From positions 5,634,971 to 5,698,970 of the forward strand of contig NC_057752.1 in NCBI RefSeq assembly GCF_004010195.1: a DNA stretch of 64,000 nucleotides. Direction: 5' to 3'. The notes under the pieces were generated by a model. It searched no databases and was not told the origin of the DNA. It saw nothing but the letters and a program-made list of their open reading frames with translations. The DNA comes from Chiloscyllium plagiosum. Lineage: Eukaryota. Both the position numbers and the translations under genes were made by a program. Positions 1 through 11,764 of this stretch are shown piece after piece. Position 1 is the first letter of the stretch. Every line of letters starts with the position of its first letter.

Positions 1-212
1 CTCCGCCCCCACCCCCACTCCGGCCTATCACCCTCACCTTGACCTCCTTCCGCCTATCGCATTTCCAACGCCCCTCCTCCCTACCTTTTATCTTAGCCTG
101 CTGGACACACTTTCCTCATTCCTGAAGAAGGGCTCATGCCCAAAACGTCGATTCTCCTGCTCCTTGGATGCTGCCTGACCTGCTGCACTTTTCCAGCAAC
201 ACATTTTCAGCT
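1..212 (+). mobile_element. Penelope-like element 3' pseudo-LTR fragment (family A), cut by the window edge; hammerhead motif at 118-153 with GAAA decayed to AAAA
   Basis: Nearly identical (reverse complement) to 57658-57867. Contains ATTCCTGAAGAAGGGCTCATGCCCAAAACGTCGATT and GGATGCTGCCTGACCTGCTG, also found at the ends of the RT/GIY-YIG copies in this window. Confidence 0.85.
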
Positions 213-249
213 CTTGTTTTAAATGAAGCCAATTTTGGGGCTAGGTTAT

Positions 250-560
250 GACCTAGTGGTATTTTCACTGAACTATTAACCAGATAATGTTCTGGTTTCA
301 ATCTCACCATGGCAGATAGTGGAATCTGAATTCAATATTGGAATTAAGAGTCTAATGATGACAATGAAATCATTGTCAATTATCAGGAAAAAAATCCATC
401 TGGCTTGCTAATGTCCTCTAGGGAAAGAAGTCCAGCATACAGGCAGCTACAGATCCACAGCAATGTGGGTGACTCTTAACTGTTCTCTGGGCAATTACAA
501 ATGAGCAATAAATGTTTGTCCAGCCAGTGACATTCACATCCCATGAATGAATTAACAAAG
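250..560 (+). mobile_element. tRNA-derived SINE (family B) with a LINE-derived 3' tail
   Basis: A/B-box-like head (TAGTGG...GGTTTCAATCTC). Body and tail (GCAATAAATG...CACATCCCATGAATGAAT) are shared with copies at 2205, 27890, 28646 and 46550. Confidence 0.75.
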
Positions 561-610
561 GAAAATAGAGTTAATTAATTACTAAATATGAGAAGCATTG
601 GTATTGCAAT

Positions 611-900
611 GCACGGTGGCACAGCAGTTAGCACTGCTGCCTCACATCGCCTGAGACCCGGGTTCAATTCCCGCCTCATGCGACTGACTGTGTGGAATTT
701 GCACCCCGTGTCTGTGTGGGTTTCCTCCGGGTGCTCCGGTTTCCTCCCACAATCCAAAGATGTGCAGGTCAGGTGAATTGGCCATGCTAAATTGCCCGTA
801 GTGTTAGGTAAGGGGTATATGTAGGGGTATGCGTGGGTTGCGAGTCGGTGTGGACTTGTTGGGCCGAAGGGCCTGCTTCCACACTGTAATGTAATCTAAT
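611..900 (+). mobile_element. HE1-type V-SINE
   Basis: tRNA-like head (GGTGGCACAG..TTAGC; GGTTCAATTCCC), V-domain GTGTCTGTGTGGGTTTCCTCCGGGTGCTCCGGTTTCCTCCCAC, CR1/HER1-like tail and TAATC repeats. Confidence 0.92.
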
Positions 901-1528
901 ACACATGGATTACAAAGAAGAGGCCAGTAAAGAAAGATAAGTGTTTAAAAAATGTTGATTGGTCTCAATTGTTTGTGCACAGCTAATAGTTGAATGTTGC
1001 AACCACTGCAGTGGATGTTACCAATAGCATTGGCAGTTGAACAAAACATCTTTGAGATTCTTGGCTTTGTAGGCTAATTCAAGTTCCTTTATCCTGATTC
1101 CTGTTCAAATCAGTTTAAAGTATTGGAAGTTAGAGAGGGTCTTTATCTGCAACACAGCAGTGACTTGGGTAAAGTTAACCAACTATAACTTTCACAGCAT
1201 GTTAACACTTGAATCTAGCCTGGTACACATGACAACATTCAGTCCCATTAGTTCACTCCAGTAGAGTTGAAACTGGCTTTTTTAACCCCGATGTTTGTGT
1301 ATTCTTCAAAGAGAAAAATACAAATTGTGTATGTTGTTTAGGAATAATCCACAGAGGTTGGCTCGCTATTCAACAGCAAGTCGTTAGACCCTCATTATAT
1401 CTGTAGTCACAAGAGATGACAGTCCAGTCTGTTTGAAGTTTCTTTGACACCTTTGTCATATCCCATTAGTCTCAAACAGAAGATTTTTACACCTGCAGTT
1501 TTTGTCTCTGTAGCAGTCCTCTTTTAAA

Positions 1529-1564
1529 ATTCCTGAAGAAGGGCTTATGCCCGAAACGTCGATT
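1529..1564 (+). ncRNA. Minimal type-I hammerhead ribozyme motif (PLE-type), intact core
   Basis: CTGAAGA (1533-1539), an extra A, stem II GGGC-TTAT-GCCC, GAAA (1553-1556), palindromic ACGT helix III, GTC triplet (1558-1560), and a short imperfect stem I ATTC/GATT. Confidence 0.75.
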
Positions 1565-1621
1565 CTCCTGTTCCTTGGATGCTGCCTGACCTGCTGCGCT
1601 TTTCCAGCAACACATTTTCAG
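1530..1621 (+). mobile_element. 92-bp Penelope-derived mini-insertion starting at a hammerhead motif
   Basis: Flanked by TSD CTCTTTTAAAA (1519-1529 / 1622-1632). Sequence matches the family A pLTR. Confidence 0.9.
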
Positions 1622-1759
1622 CTCTTTTAAAAACAACACATTTTAGAATTAAAAGACTGAAAATATTCACACTGTACTTTGAGTTTCTGACCCACGGTCA
1701 GGACAGGTGTGAAGCTAGTACAATTATAGCCATTTTCACATTGATCCAAACAACATGTT

Positions 1760-2010
1760 TTGATTCATTCATGGGATGTGGGTATCACTAGCTATGCAAG
1801 TATTTGTTGTCTGTCCCTAACTTCCCCTTAAGAAGGTGGTAGTGAATTGTCTTCTTGAACGGCTGCAGGCTATGTGGTGTAGATACATCCACAGTGCTAT
1901 TAGGGAGATTTGATCCAGTGACAGTGAAGAAACAACAATTTATTTTCAAGTCAGGATGGACTTAGTTTGGAGGGGCACTTGCAGACGGCATTGTTTCCAT
2001 GTATTTGAAG
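1760..2010 (-). mobile_element. 3' end of a CR1/L2-group LINE (tail shared with SINE family B)
   Basis: Similar to 11765-12000 and 40440-40650. Its reverse complement ends in the ...CACATCCCATGAATGAAT tail. Confidence 0.65.
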
Positions 2011-2204
2011 TCACAAATTTAAAACTATCCAAACTCAGCTATACCATCACTTCAGGTGGAGAGCAGGCCTTTCTTATTTTGGCTATGCTTCGTATCTGAT
2101 CTATTTATTGACCTCTGCTTTCTAAAGCTGTACTTTAAAGTATCATCATCACTCAAGCTCAGACAGTGCATTGGCATGACTCTTGGATCAAGGGCGGGGT
2201 AAAA

Positions 2205-2578
2205 TAATAGTAATGTGATTGGATGAGTAATCCAGACACCTGAACTCGAGACACAACTTCAAATCCTATCATGGCAACTAGCAAATTTGAATTCAATTAA
2301 TTAACCAAGACAAAGAAAGCTTGTACCAGATTGTTGTTAAAAACCAATCTGGATCACTAATGCCTTCCTGGGGAGGAAATCTACTGTCTTTACCTGGTCT
2401 GGCCTACATGTGACTGGAGCCACAGAGCAATGTCATTAACACTTAGCTGTCTCTCCACTGCCCTAGCAAGTCATTCCATTGTATTGAACCACTGCAGAAA
2501 AAATGTGTCCCTACCCTATGTGGACTGCAGTCACCCTTGAGGAAAATGCAAATGTGCAATAAAGGCTAGCCTTAACGG
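2205..2578 (+). mobile_element. SINE family B, tail interrupted by a solo LTR (resumes ~3231-3247)
   Basis: Shared motifs GGATCACTAATG and TTACCTGGTCTGGCCTACATGTGACT. The tail remainder CCATGAAGGAACAAAAA follows the LTR. Confidence 0.7.
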
Positions 2579-3230
2579 TGACACGATACTGTGGCTTTAA
2601 GAGGTGTATTTTGTCCTGTTTTTTTTTTGAAGAGAGGTTTTAAGACAGATGTATCAAACTGTCTATCTGAATTCAATAAAGTAAACAGCTTGTGAGACCT
2701 TGGGTTTTCTTTAAAGTTGGAACAAAAGAAGTAGCCTGAAAGGGTGGGATCAAACTCCCCCAGAGCCAGGATTTTCAGTTTTAGTTTTTCAGTGTCAATT
2801 TCTGCTGGGGTCTTGAAGTTGGGTTTGGAAGCTGCACTATATCTCTCCCTGCTATTCTCTCTCTCTCTCTCTGAATTTTCTCTTGATATTTTTTACTCCT
2901 CGACTGGAGAATTGCCCGTGAGACAATGTATTTTACTGAATTTGCCTTTGCCAAGGATGTGTTTATGGGATGTTACTACATTAAACAAGTTACTGTTTAG
3001 TAGTTAAATAACCCATAATTCTGTTAAGTTTTCCAATAGAGTTAATTATTCAAATGTCTTTCTTTTGTATATTTAACTATAGTGTATGAATAAAGTACTT
3101 TATTGCTTCATATTTGGTAGTTTGACCAATTAATTTGCACCCAGCATGCAACACCTGGCACTTTCCTTTAAAATAAGATATATTTAGGGTCATCTTAATA
3201 TATTTTGAAGGTTTGGACTGGTCCATAACA
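2579..3230 (+). mobile_element. Solo LTR, family 1 (~640 bp)
   Basis: Collinear with 27147-27785 and with the reverse complement of 62132-62763. Ends ...GGTCCATAACA. Confidence 0.8.
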
Positions 3231-4160
3231 CCATGAAGGAACAAAAAGGGAAGTGCTGCAGCAACATTTTGAATCTCAGCACCATAGAAAATTAAACATG
3301 TTTTCTACTATGTTAAAACCACCTCTTAAACATTCAGATGACTGATAAGGTCAGAAATTAATCTTTCTGCTCTTCAAAAACTGTTCCTTAATAAAAGACT
3401 GAACCACTGGTCAACTTGCGACATAAATTAGCAAGCTGTACCCATTTGCCATGCAGTGAGATCATCTGTCACAGCCAGCTGCAAAACCACAGCACAAATA
3501 TGAAATTCAGGAACATGTCCCTTGACTTGAAGCATGTGCTGGAACCAAACCGCGCAGTTAAACCTCAATAACTAGTTTTAACTGGTTTTAATTTGTACCC
3601 CTGTATTTTATTTCGCAAAATAAATTGTTACTTTTGCTAGTTTTCAACTCTGGACAGACATAGGCCAACAAAATTTGTCTGAAAATACATAAATGTTTTA
3701 CTAAATGCCATTAAATGTTGGTGATTCTGGAGTGGGTTTGGCCCTTCATACAGCAGCCATCTATTATGGTGGGGCACAGGGGATTTTCATTTTTTGCATA
3801 ACTTGCACCAATGCTGAATAACTTCCAGTCCCCAGTGTGATTTGCAGTATATGGAACATGATGCTGATACATCAGATTCAGTGAGTTTTTCATTATTAGT
3901 AGCTATTTGTGCACTTTTGTCTTGTAGTGTCCCCATACAATTTAATTTGGGCAATGCAAGTACAGTATATTTAAGTCCAAAATAAACATGGAAAACTGGG
4001 ACAAATGCAAAAATACTGGAACTGCACAAAGATTAATCAGTTTTTGAAAGGGAAAGACTGACTATTAGCTGAAGAGTTTGCCCTGAAACAGCAATTTTAT
4101 TAACATTTGTTTAAATCAGCGTCCTGAAGCCCTCACCCAAACTGTTAACATATCACTTTT

Positions 4161-4425
4161 TCACATTCTGTGTCTCCATGGGTTTTCTCTGGTTGCTCCA
4201 GTTTCTTCCCACAGTCCAAAGATGTGCAGGTTAAATGGATTGACCATGCTAAATTGCCCCGTAGTGTCCAGGGATATGCAGGCTAGGTGTATTAGCCACA
4301 GGAAATGCAGGGTTGCAGGGATGGGATAGGAGGGTGGGTCTGAGTGAGATGCTCTTTGGAGACTCAGTGTGGATGTGATGGGCCAAATGGCATCAATCTT
4401 TGTGCCATGCATTTATCTCTATAAT
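4161..4425 (+). mobile_element. 5'-truncated HE1-type V-SINE (variant body)
   Basis: V-domain ...CCCACAGTCCAAAGATGTGCAGGTT...CATGCTAAATTGCCCC and a CR1-like tail. Confidence 0.8.
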
Positions 4426-4427
4426 CT

Positions 4428-5165
4428 TGTTGACCCTGTGCTAATCTGCTCATGGCTCAGGTAATAATCCAGAGATTATTACCTTTTTTGGTTCTGCTTT
4501 TTAATTTAGCCCTTAGCTGCTTATATTCTCTCAGCAGAACCTTTTTCTTCTTTCTACCCACATTACTAGTATCTACATGGGCCACAATAACTCTTCCCCC
4601 TCCCAATCCAAGTTCCTCTGCAGCCCAGATGAGGAATCCTGAACTCAGACTCCAGGCAGGCAACACAGCCTTTAGGACTCTTGAACCCGACCAGAGAACA
4701 GTACCTACTACCATGACCATACTATCCCCAATTACAACTACATTTCTCTTTTCTCCCCCCTCTTGAATGACTTCCTGTACCATGGTGCTATGGTCAGATT
4801 GCTCATCCTCCCTTTGGCCTCCATTCTCATCCACACAGAGAGCAAGAATCTCAAATCTGTTAGACAGGATCGAGGGCTGAGGCTCTTTTAGCACTACCTC
4901 CTGCATCCTTCTACCTGAATTGCTCATATTCACATCGTCCTGACTCTGATCAAATTTGCGGTAGTTAATGTAAGGGGTGTGACTGCCCCCTGAACCAAAG
5001 CATCCAGGTAACTCTCCCCCTCCCTGATGTGACACAGTATTTGAAGCTCAGACTCAAACTCATCACCTCCAGAGTTCAAGCAACCAACACTTATTACAGA
5101 TGTGGTCACTATAAACCACAGTGGGGTCTACCAGCTCCCACGTCATATAGTTACAACACATTGCC
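4428..5165 (-). mobile_element. CR1 LINE ORF1 relic (SGNH/GDSL esterase-type)
   Basis: ORF 4457-5035 contains SNRFEIL, VVVIGDSM (GDS block I) and VIVAHVDTSNVGRK (a decayed HxGTND block), typical of CR1 ORF1 esterase. Confidence 0.8.
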
Positions 5166-5671
5166 TGGCCCAGCACCTCTATTTTAATTACTTAGTTCCT
5201 AACTTGATTTTTTAAAAAAGTCCTGGTCTTTTAATTTGTAGCCTGTAAGTATTTCCCCTATTTACCTTTAAGCTGAAAGTAACCTAAAAAATATGATCAA
5301 ATTGGTAGCTATCACCAACCAATGAACTTATGATTGACCTGTGATCTCACTCTTTTGTGCTGGACCCCTGATCCTGAGCTTCAATTTATCCTATTTTAAA
5401 AAAACCTTATTACCTATGAGCCAAAAAACAAGCAAAGAGCATCTCTTACCCTCTGCACTTAATTCCCATGCTTTCTCTCATTCTGAATGTGATCTCCTTG
5501 TTGACCTTGCGAAGCTTACCCACGTAAGTGGTTCCATGGAAGAGGAATTCTTTTACTGCTCTCAATGCCTTTGCATCCTTCCTAAAGTGTCGTGCCCAGA
5601 ACTGGTTACAATACTAGATGGAAAGGAGTTCCAGGAATTTGACCCAGTGATACTGAAGGAATAGTGATGTC

Positions 5672-5843
5672 CTAAGAGATGTACAGCATGGAAACAGACT
5701 CTTCGGTCCAACCCGTCCATGCCGACCAGATATTCCAATCCAATCTAGCCCCACCTGCCAGCACCTGGCCCATTTCCCTCCAAACCCTTCCTATTCATAT
5801 ACCCATCCAAATGCCTTTTAAGTGTTGCAATTGTACCAGCCTC
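5672..5843 (-). mobile_element. HER1/CR1 3'-end fragment nested in the LINE
   Basis: GAGATGTACAGCATGGAAACAGAC..., nearly identical to 35328-35495. Confidence 0.85.
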
Positions 5844-6548
5844 GTATTTCCAAGTCGGGATGGTGAGTGGCTAGGAGGGGAACTTTAAGGTAGTGGTGTT
5901 CCCATGTATCTGCTGACCTTGTCTTTCCAGATGGAAGCAGTTCTGTGTTTGTAAGGTGCTATCTAAGGAGGTTTGGTGAATTTCTGCAGTGCATCTTGTA
6001 GATGGTTCACATTGCTGCAACTGTGCATTGCTGGTGGAGGGACTGAATTTTTTATGGATGTGGATCCAATCAAGTGGGCTGCTATGTTCTGGATTGTGAC
6101 AAGCTTCTTGAGTGTTGTTGGAGCTGCCCCCATCCAGACAAGTGACCAGTATTTCATCACACTCCTAACTTGTGCCTTGACAGACAAGTATTGGGGAGTC
6201 AGGAGGTGGGTTACAGTGTAGGATTCTGACCTGCTGTTGTGGCCACTGTGTTTATATGGCTAGTCCAGTTCAGATTCTATCAATGGTAACATTCAGGATG
6301 TTGATAGTGGGGGATTCAGTGATGGTAACACCATTGAATGTCAAAGGGGTGACAATTAGATTGTCTCTTATTGAAGATAGTCATCACCTCCCATTTGTGT
6401 GGTATGAATGTTACTTGCCACTTTTCAGCACAAGCCTGGATATTGTCCCAGATCTTGTTGCACTTGGATATGTACTGTTTCAGTATCTGAGGAGTTGCGA
6501 ATGGTACTAAACATCGTGCAATCATCAGTGAATATTCCACTTCTGACC

Positions 6549-6663
6549 ATTTTTTTAAACACTCCTGTTCTTTTTTCTTCCCCCCGACACTAACGCCTAA
6601 ATGTGGTAGTGCTTATATTTTCCCCAACACCCATGTGTGAGATGCAGTGAAAGACACAAGGTG
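6549..6663 (-). mobile_element. Short 3'-UTR fragment of the Tx1-like element
   Basis: Matches 42330-42423 (GTGCTTATATTTTCCCC...CAGTGAAAGACA). Flanked by TSD ACTTCTGACC (6539-6548 / 6664-6673). Confidence 0.8.
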
Positions 6664-6771
6664 ACTTCTGACCTTATAACGGTGAGAAGGTAATTGATGA
6701 AGCACTTGAAGATGGTTGGGCTAAGTACAGTATCCTGTAGAACTCCTGTGGAGATGTTCTGGAGCCGAGAT

Positions 6772-7418
6772 GAGGTAGACAGGGTGGTTAAGATGGCATT
6801 TGGCACACTTGCCTTCATTGCTCAAATTGCTCATTGCTCTGAGCAAAAGAGTTGGGATGTCATGTTGAGGTTGTACGGGACATTGGTAAGGCCTCTTCTG
6901 GAGTACTGTCTGCAGTTCTGGTCGTCCTGTTATAAGAAGAATATTATTAAAGTGGAAAGGGTTCAGAAAAGATTATCCAGGATGTTGCCAGGAGTGGAGG
7001 GTTTGAGTTATAAAAATAGGCTGGGACATTTTTCAGTGGAGAGTAGGAGGTTATGGGGTGATCTTATACAGGTTAATAAAATCACGAGGAACAAAGATAA
7101 GGTGAATAGCAAAGGTCTTTTCCCCAAGGTGGAGGAGTTCAAAACGAGGGGGCATATTTTTAAGGTGAGAGGAGAAAAATTTAAAAGGACAGAGGGGCAA
7201 CTATCTTTTAAAACAGAGAATAGTTAGTGCATGGAATGAGCTGCCAGAGGAAGTGCTGGATACACGTACAGTTACAATGCTTAAAAGACATATTGATACG
7301 TACATGAAGGAGGGATATAGACCAAACGCAGGCAGGTGGGACTAGTTTATTTTGAGAATATGGTCAATGTGGACTAGTTGGACAGAAGGGTCTGTTTATA
7401 TGCGGTATGACTCTCTGA
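6772..7418 (+). mobile_element. HER1/CR1 LINE, 5'-truncated (RT C-terminus + 3' UTR)
   Basis: ORF 6694-7227 contains LYGTLVRPLLEYCLQFWS...ERVQKR...RRLWGDLI...TRGH, the CR1 ORF2 C-terminal motifs. Confidence 0.9.
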
Positions 7419-8159
7419 CCTCCAACAGCCACAACCATCTTCCTATGTGCCAGGTAAACCTCCAATCAGCAGAGAGTTTGCCCCTGATACCCATTAATAC
7501 CACATGGCTCCTTGATGCCTTTTGCTGTCACTCTCACCTCAACAGGAGAGATGTTGATAAATATTGCAAGACTTGACTGATGTAGGATTTAACATGACCT
7601 TTTTAGTTGGACAGACCGTACCTATCAAGATTTTACTTCTGCCACCAAGCTACTAACGAGAATCATTTTCTCCAAATCACATGATCTTACATCACTTCCG
7701 AATGACAATCTCTCATTTACTCTTCATGCTACAAAAATGAGGCATGTTGTTGGGAGAAAAGAGAAAGGATTACATTTTCACTCTCTGGCCTGGGAATGTT
7801 TCATATTAACAATTTCAATACTGTAACTGTCCAGTGCAACCCATTCCACTAGACTACCCAGGTGTGAAGACAAAAACGTGGCTAAAATGACAGTGTTGTA
7901 TTTAACACATCATTGGAGTGCAAAATCTGCATTGAAACAAATCTGAAATATTTACCATTGACTCGACTTCATGTCTAGTCCAGATACAACACAATGGCCC
8001 CAACAGCATGGAACGGAGCTGAGGGTTTGAGGCAAATTCAGCAGAGTAGCAGAACGTAAATGAAACAGTGATAGTAATTACTGCAATGAATTTCAACTCC
8101 ATCTCCATGCAATATAGGGTGCATTAGTTTCCTACTTGGAGGGAATAGTGAGGAAATGT

Positions 8160-8453
8160 GGGCGGCACTGCTACCTCACAGTGCCAGAGACCCGGGTTCA
8201 ATTCCCGCCTCAGGCAATTGTCTGTGTGGAGTTTGCACATTCGCCCCGTGTCTGCGTGGGTTTCCTCCGGGTGCTCTGGTTTCCTCCCACAGTCCAAAAA
8301 TGTGCAGGTTAGGTGAATTGGCTATGCTAAATTGCCCGTAGTGTCAGGTGTAGGGGAATGGGTCTGGGTGGGTTGCTCTTCAGAGGGTCGGTGTGGACTT
8401 GTTGGGCCGAAGGGCCTATTTCCGCACTGTAAGTAATCTAATCTAATCTAATC
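8160..8453 (+). mobile_element. HE1-type V-SINE
   Basis: B box GGTTCAATTCCC, V-domain and (TAATC)4 tail. Confidence 0.92.
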
Positions 8454-8516
8454 ATAAAGGAATCTCACTCAAAAAGAGCACAGAAGCACTTTGAAAGAAT
8501 GGCATAGACTTGGTGG

Positions 8517-10677
8517 CAAAAGTGAGTACTGCAGATGCTGGAGATTAGAGTCGAGAGTGTGGAACTGGAAAAGCATGGAAGGTCAGGCAGCGTGCGAGAA
8601 ACAGGAAAGTTGACATTTCAAGCATACTCCCTTCATCAGGAATGAGGCTTGTGGACCAAGGGGACTGAGAGATAAATGGGAGAGGGGTGGGGAAGGTAGC
8701 TGAGAGTGCAATAGGTAGATGGAGGTGGGGGTAAAGGCGATAGGTTGGAGAGGAGGGTGGAGCGAATAGGTGGGAAGGAAGATGGATAGGTAGGACAGAT
8801 CATAAAGGTGGTGCTGAGCTGTAAGGTTGGAACTGGGATAAGGTGGGGGAGGGGAAATAAGGAAACTGGTGAAGTCCACATTGATAGCATGGGGTTGGAG
8901 GATCCCGAGGCAAAAGATGAGGCGTTCTTCCTCCAGGCGTCGGATGGTTAGGGAGTGGTGATGGAGGAGGCCCAGGACCTGCATGTCCTTGGCGGAGTGA
9001 GAGGGGAGTTGAAGTGTTCAGCCACGGGACGGTGGGGTTGGTTTCTGCAGGTGTCCCAGAGATTTCTCTGAAGCGCTCTGAGAGTAGGCATCCTGTCTCC
9101 ACAATGTAGAGGAGACCGCATCGGGAGCAACGGATACAGTAAATGATGTGTGGAAGTGCAGGTGAAACTTTGATGGATGTGGAAGGCTCCTTTGGAGCCT
9201 TGGACGGAGGTGAGGGGGAGGTGTGGGCGCAGGCCCACCCAAGCCCTCCACCAAGACTTTTGTTTCCCTGGCCCCAACACCTCATCTTCACCATGGACAT
9301 CCAGTCCCTATACACCTCCATCCGCCATGACCAGAGTCTCCAAGCCCTCCGTTCCTTCCTCTCCTGACATCCCTACAAGCACCCTTCCACTGACACTCTA
9401 ATTTATTTGGTTGAACTGGGCCTCACCCTCAATAATTTCTCCTTTGAATCTTCCCACTTCCTCCAGACGAAAGGGGTAGCCATGGGCACCCGCATGGGCC
9501 CCAGCTATGCCTGTCTCTTTGTCGGCTATGTGGAATTGTCTATCTTCCGTAGTTCCACCGGCACAATTCTCTACCTTTTCCTCTGCTACATTGATGACTG
9601 CATCGGCGCCATCTTGTGCTCCCAGGAGGAGGTTGAGCAGTTAATCAACTTCACCAACACATTCCACCCCGACCTTAAATTCACCTGGACCATCTCAGAC
9701 ACCTCCATCACCATCAATGGTGACCGACACTGACATCTTCTACAAACCCCCCGACTCCCACAGCTACCTGGATTACACCTCCTCCCACCCTGCTTCCTGT
9801 AAAAATGCTATCCCTTATTCTCAATTCCTCCACCTCTACCGCATCTGCTCCCAGGAGGTCCACTTCCAACACAGAACACACCAGATGGCTTCCTTCTTTA
9901 AAGACTGCAATTTCCCTTCCCACATGGTTGATGATCCCTCCAGCGCATCTCATCCACTTTCCACACCACCGCCCTCGAACCCCACCCCTCCAACCGCAAC
10001 AAGAACAGAACNNNNNNNNNNNNNNNNNNNNNNNNNNNNNNNNNNNNNNNNNNNNNNNNNNNNNNNNNNNNNNNNNNNNNNNNNNNNNNNNNNNNNNNNN
10101 NNNNNNNNNNNNNNNNNNNNNNNNNNNNNNNNNNNNNNNNNNNNNNNNNNNNNNNNNNNNNNNNNNNNNNNNNNNNNNNNNNNNNNNNNNNNNNNNNNNN
10201 NNNNNNNNNNNNNNNNNNNNNNNNNNNNNNNNNNNNNNNNNNNNNNNNNNNNNNNNNNNNNNNNNNNNNNNNNNNNNNNNNNNNNNNNNNNNNNNNNNNN
10301 NNNNNNNNNNNNNNNNNNNNNNNNNNNNNNNNNNNNNNNNNNNNNNNNNNNNNNNNNNNNNNNNNNNNNNNNNNNNNNNNNNNNNNNNNNNNNNNNNNNN
10401 NNNNNNNNNNNNNNNNNNNNNNNNNNNNNNNNNNNNNNNNNNNNNNNNNNNNNNNNNNNNNNNNNNNNNNNNNNNNNNNNNNNNNNNNNNNNNNNNNNNN
10501 NNNNNNNNNTCCATCTACTGCACTCTCAGCTATCTTCACCCCCCCCCCCATCCCATTTATTTCTCTTTCTCAGTCCCTCGGCTCACAAGCGTCATTCCTG
10601 ATTAAGAGTTTATGTCCGATTTTCCTGTTCCTTGAATGGTGCCTGACCTGTGCTTTTTCAGCGCCACACTATCGACC
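8517..10677. mobile_element. Penelope-like retroelement with inverted arms (minus arm 8517-~9228: tail, pLTR, GIY-YIG; plus arm ~9229-10677: RT ... pLTR)
   Basis: RT motifs FTMDIQSLYTSI, QTKGVAMGTRMGPSYACLFVG, YIDD and LKFT. GIY-YIG IIYCIRCSRCGLLYIVETG. TSD CATAGACTTGGTGG (8503-8516) / CATAGGCTTGGTGG (10678-10691). Confidence 0.92.
10012..10509. other. Assembly gap (498 N)
   Basis: Run of N. Confidence 1.
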
Positions 10678-10779
10678 CATAGGCTTGGTGGGCCAAATGA
10701 CCCTTTTATTTACCACAGTATAGTACTCTCAAAAGCTGGAGGACCACACTTCTGTTTTTTTTTTAAAAGCCAGATTCTG

Positions 10780-11190
10780 CCAGCGCAGTTTCTCTTTGTT
10801 CACCTGCAATCTATCCTGTTCTCGCGCCATTTAGCTTTCTTCCCATTTTGACCATGGATTTGTCGGTTAAGGCACTCTTCTGCTATAGAATTGAGGTGGT
10901 GTGGTGCTTACCGGGGCTTGTTCTCAGTCATTCCTGAGAGGTAGTTTGTTTGGGTAATCGGACCTTACCGTTGAAAAATCTGCCAATTTTCCCGCCAAAC
11001 AGTGAAAGAAGTGCGATCAGAAAACCGAAGTGTGACGTGAACAACCTCTGGCGGCTCGCGTGACACTTCTAGATCACAACTGGTTCCTAATGACGATTTC
11101 GTCTGTATTTTACTGTGCGCGGTTGGTTTGCAGTTTTGTTAACTCGTTGTCCTCAGTTTGCCAGCAAACTTGGAGAAAAAAAGGGTTAGC
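10780..11190 (-). promoter_or_regulatory. CpG-rich promoter / first-exon candidate with an E2F site
   Basis: About 20 CpGs in ~400 bp of non-repeat sequence against a CpG-poor background. TTTTCCCGCCAAA (10987-10999), CCAAT (10983-10987), TGACGTGA (11033-11040). Minus-strand donors ACG|GTAAGG (~10968) and CCG|GTAAGC (~10911). Confidence 0.6.
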
Positions 11191-11764
11191 TCATGAACAA
11201 TCAATCTTTCTCCAATAGTTCATACTTAACTTGTAGATTATTATCATATTGGTGCAACCTTTTAGATAACTTCTTATAATTTTGTTACCTCCTAATCCGT
11301 CAAATATGCGTTGTACACATGCAAACTGAGAGTGTAAATCTGAAATCGGCAAAATAGAGCTGCGAGTTTGTTCCAATTTTAACTTGGGTGCTATGTCTTT
11401 CACTCGCAAATAACTCATTCTCTCTGTACAACAAATACTACAACACTTGCTGTGATTTTTAAAAATTGTATGTTAAAGCTTAGTTCTTTCAGGGAAATGG
11501 GTCAATTGAATCATTTGACTGTCATACAAATCTCAAGATCATAAAATAATTGAAAGATAAGATTTATTGGTCCAGTTTTGCTAATATATTTAAAAAGACA
11601 TCACAGTCTCCTCACACTTGCCTAATGTTCAACTATTACTTCAAAGTTTTTGATTTTACATTGCTACCAGGAATGCTATTCCACATATTTGCTATTCTTC
11701 TTATGAAGACAAACTTCCTTAATTCTGATATCTCCTTTCACTAATTTAGACATTTTAAAAAATG

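Larger units (their letters stand above)
5615..7540 (-). mobile_element. CR1/L2-group LINE RT 3' region hosting three nested insertions
   Basis: Translated fragments KAQVRSVMKYWSLVWMGAAPTTLKKL, IQACAEKWQVTF and GVLQDTVLSPTIF. The sequence resumes at ~7419 after the HER1 insertion. Confidence 0.8.

Noticed and set aside
611..680. tRNA gene (and similar heads in the other SINEs)
   Set aside because: A/B boxes continue directly into the SINE V-domain and no complete cloverleaf is present.
1341..1387. Plus-strand terminal exon (TTTAG|G AAT AAT CCA ... NNPQRLARYSTASR*)
   Set aside because: Too short, no recognisable homology and no supporting upstream exon.
2050..2155. Minus-strand GTGATGA...CTGA as a C/D-box snoRNA
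   Set aside because: No convincing terminal stem and no rRNA/snRNA antisense element that I recognise. Such box pairs arise by chance.
9714..10605. Long ORFs of 217-294 aa (and those at 30378-31392)
   Set aside because: Artefacts of translating through N gaps.
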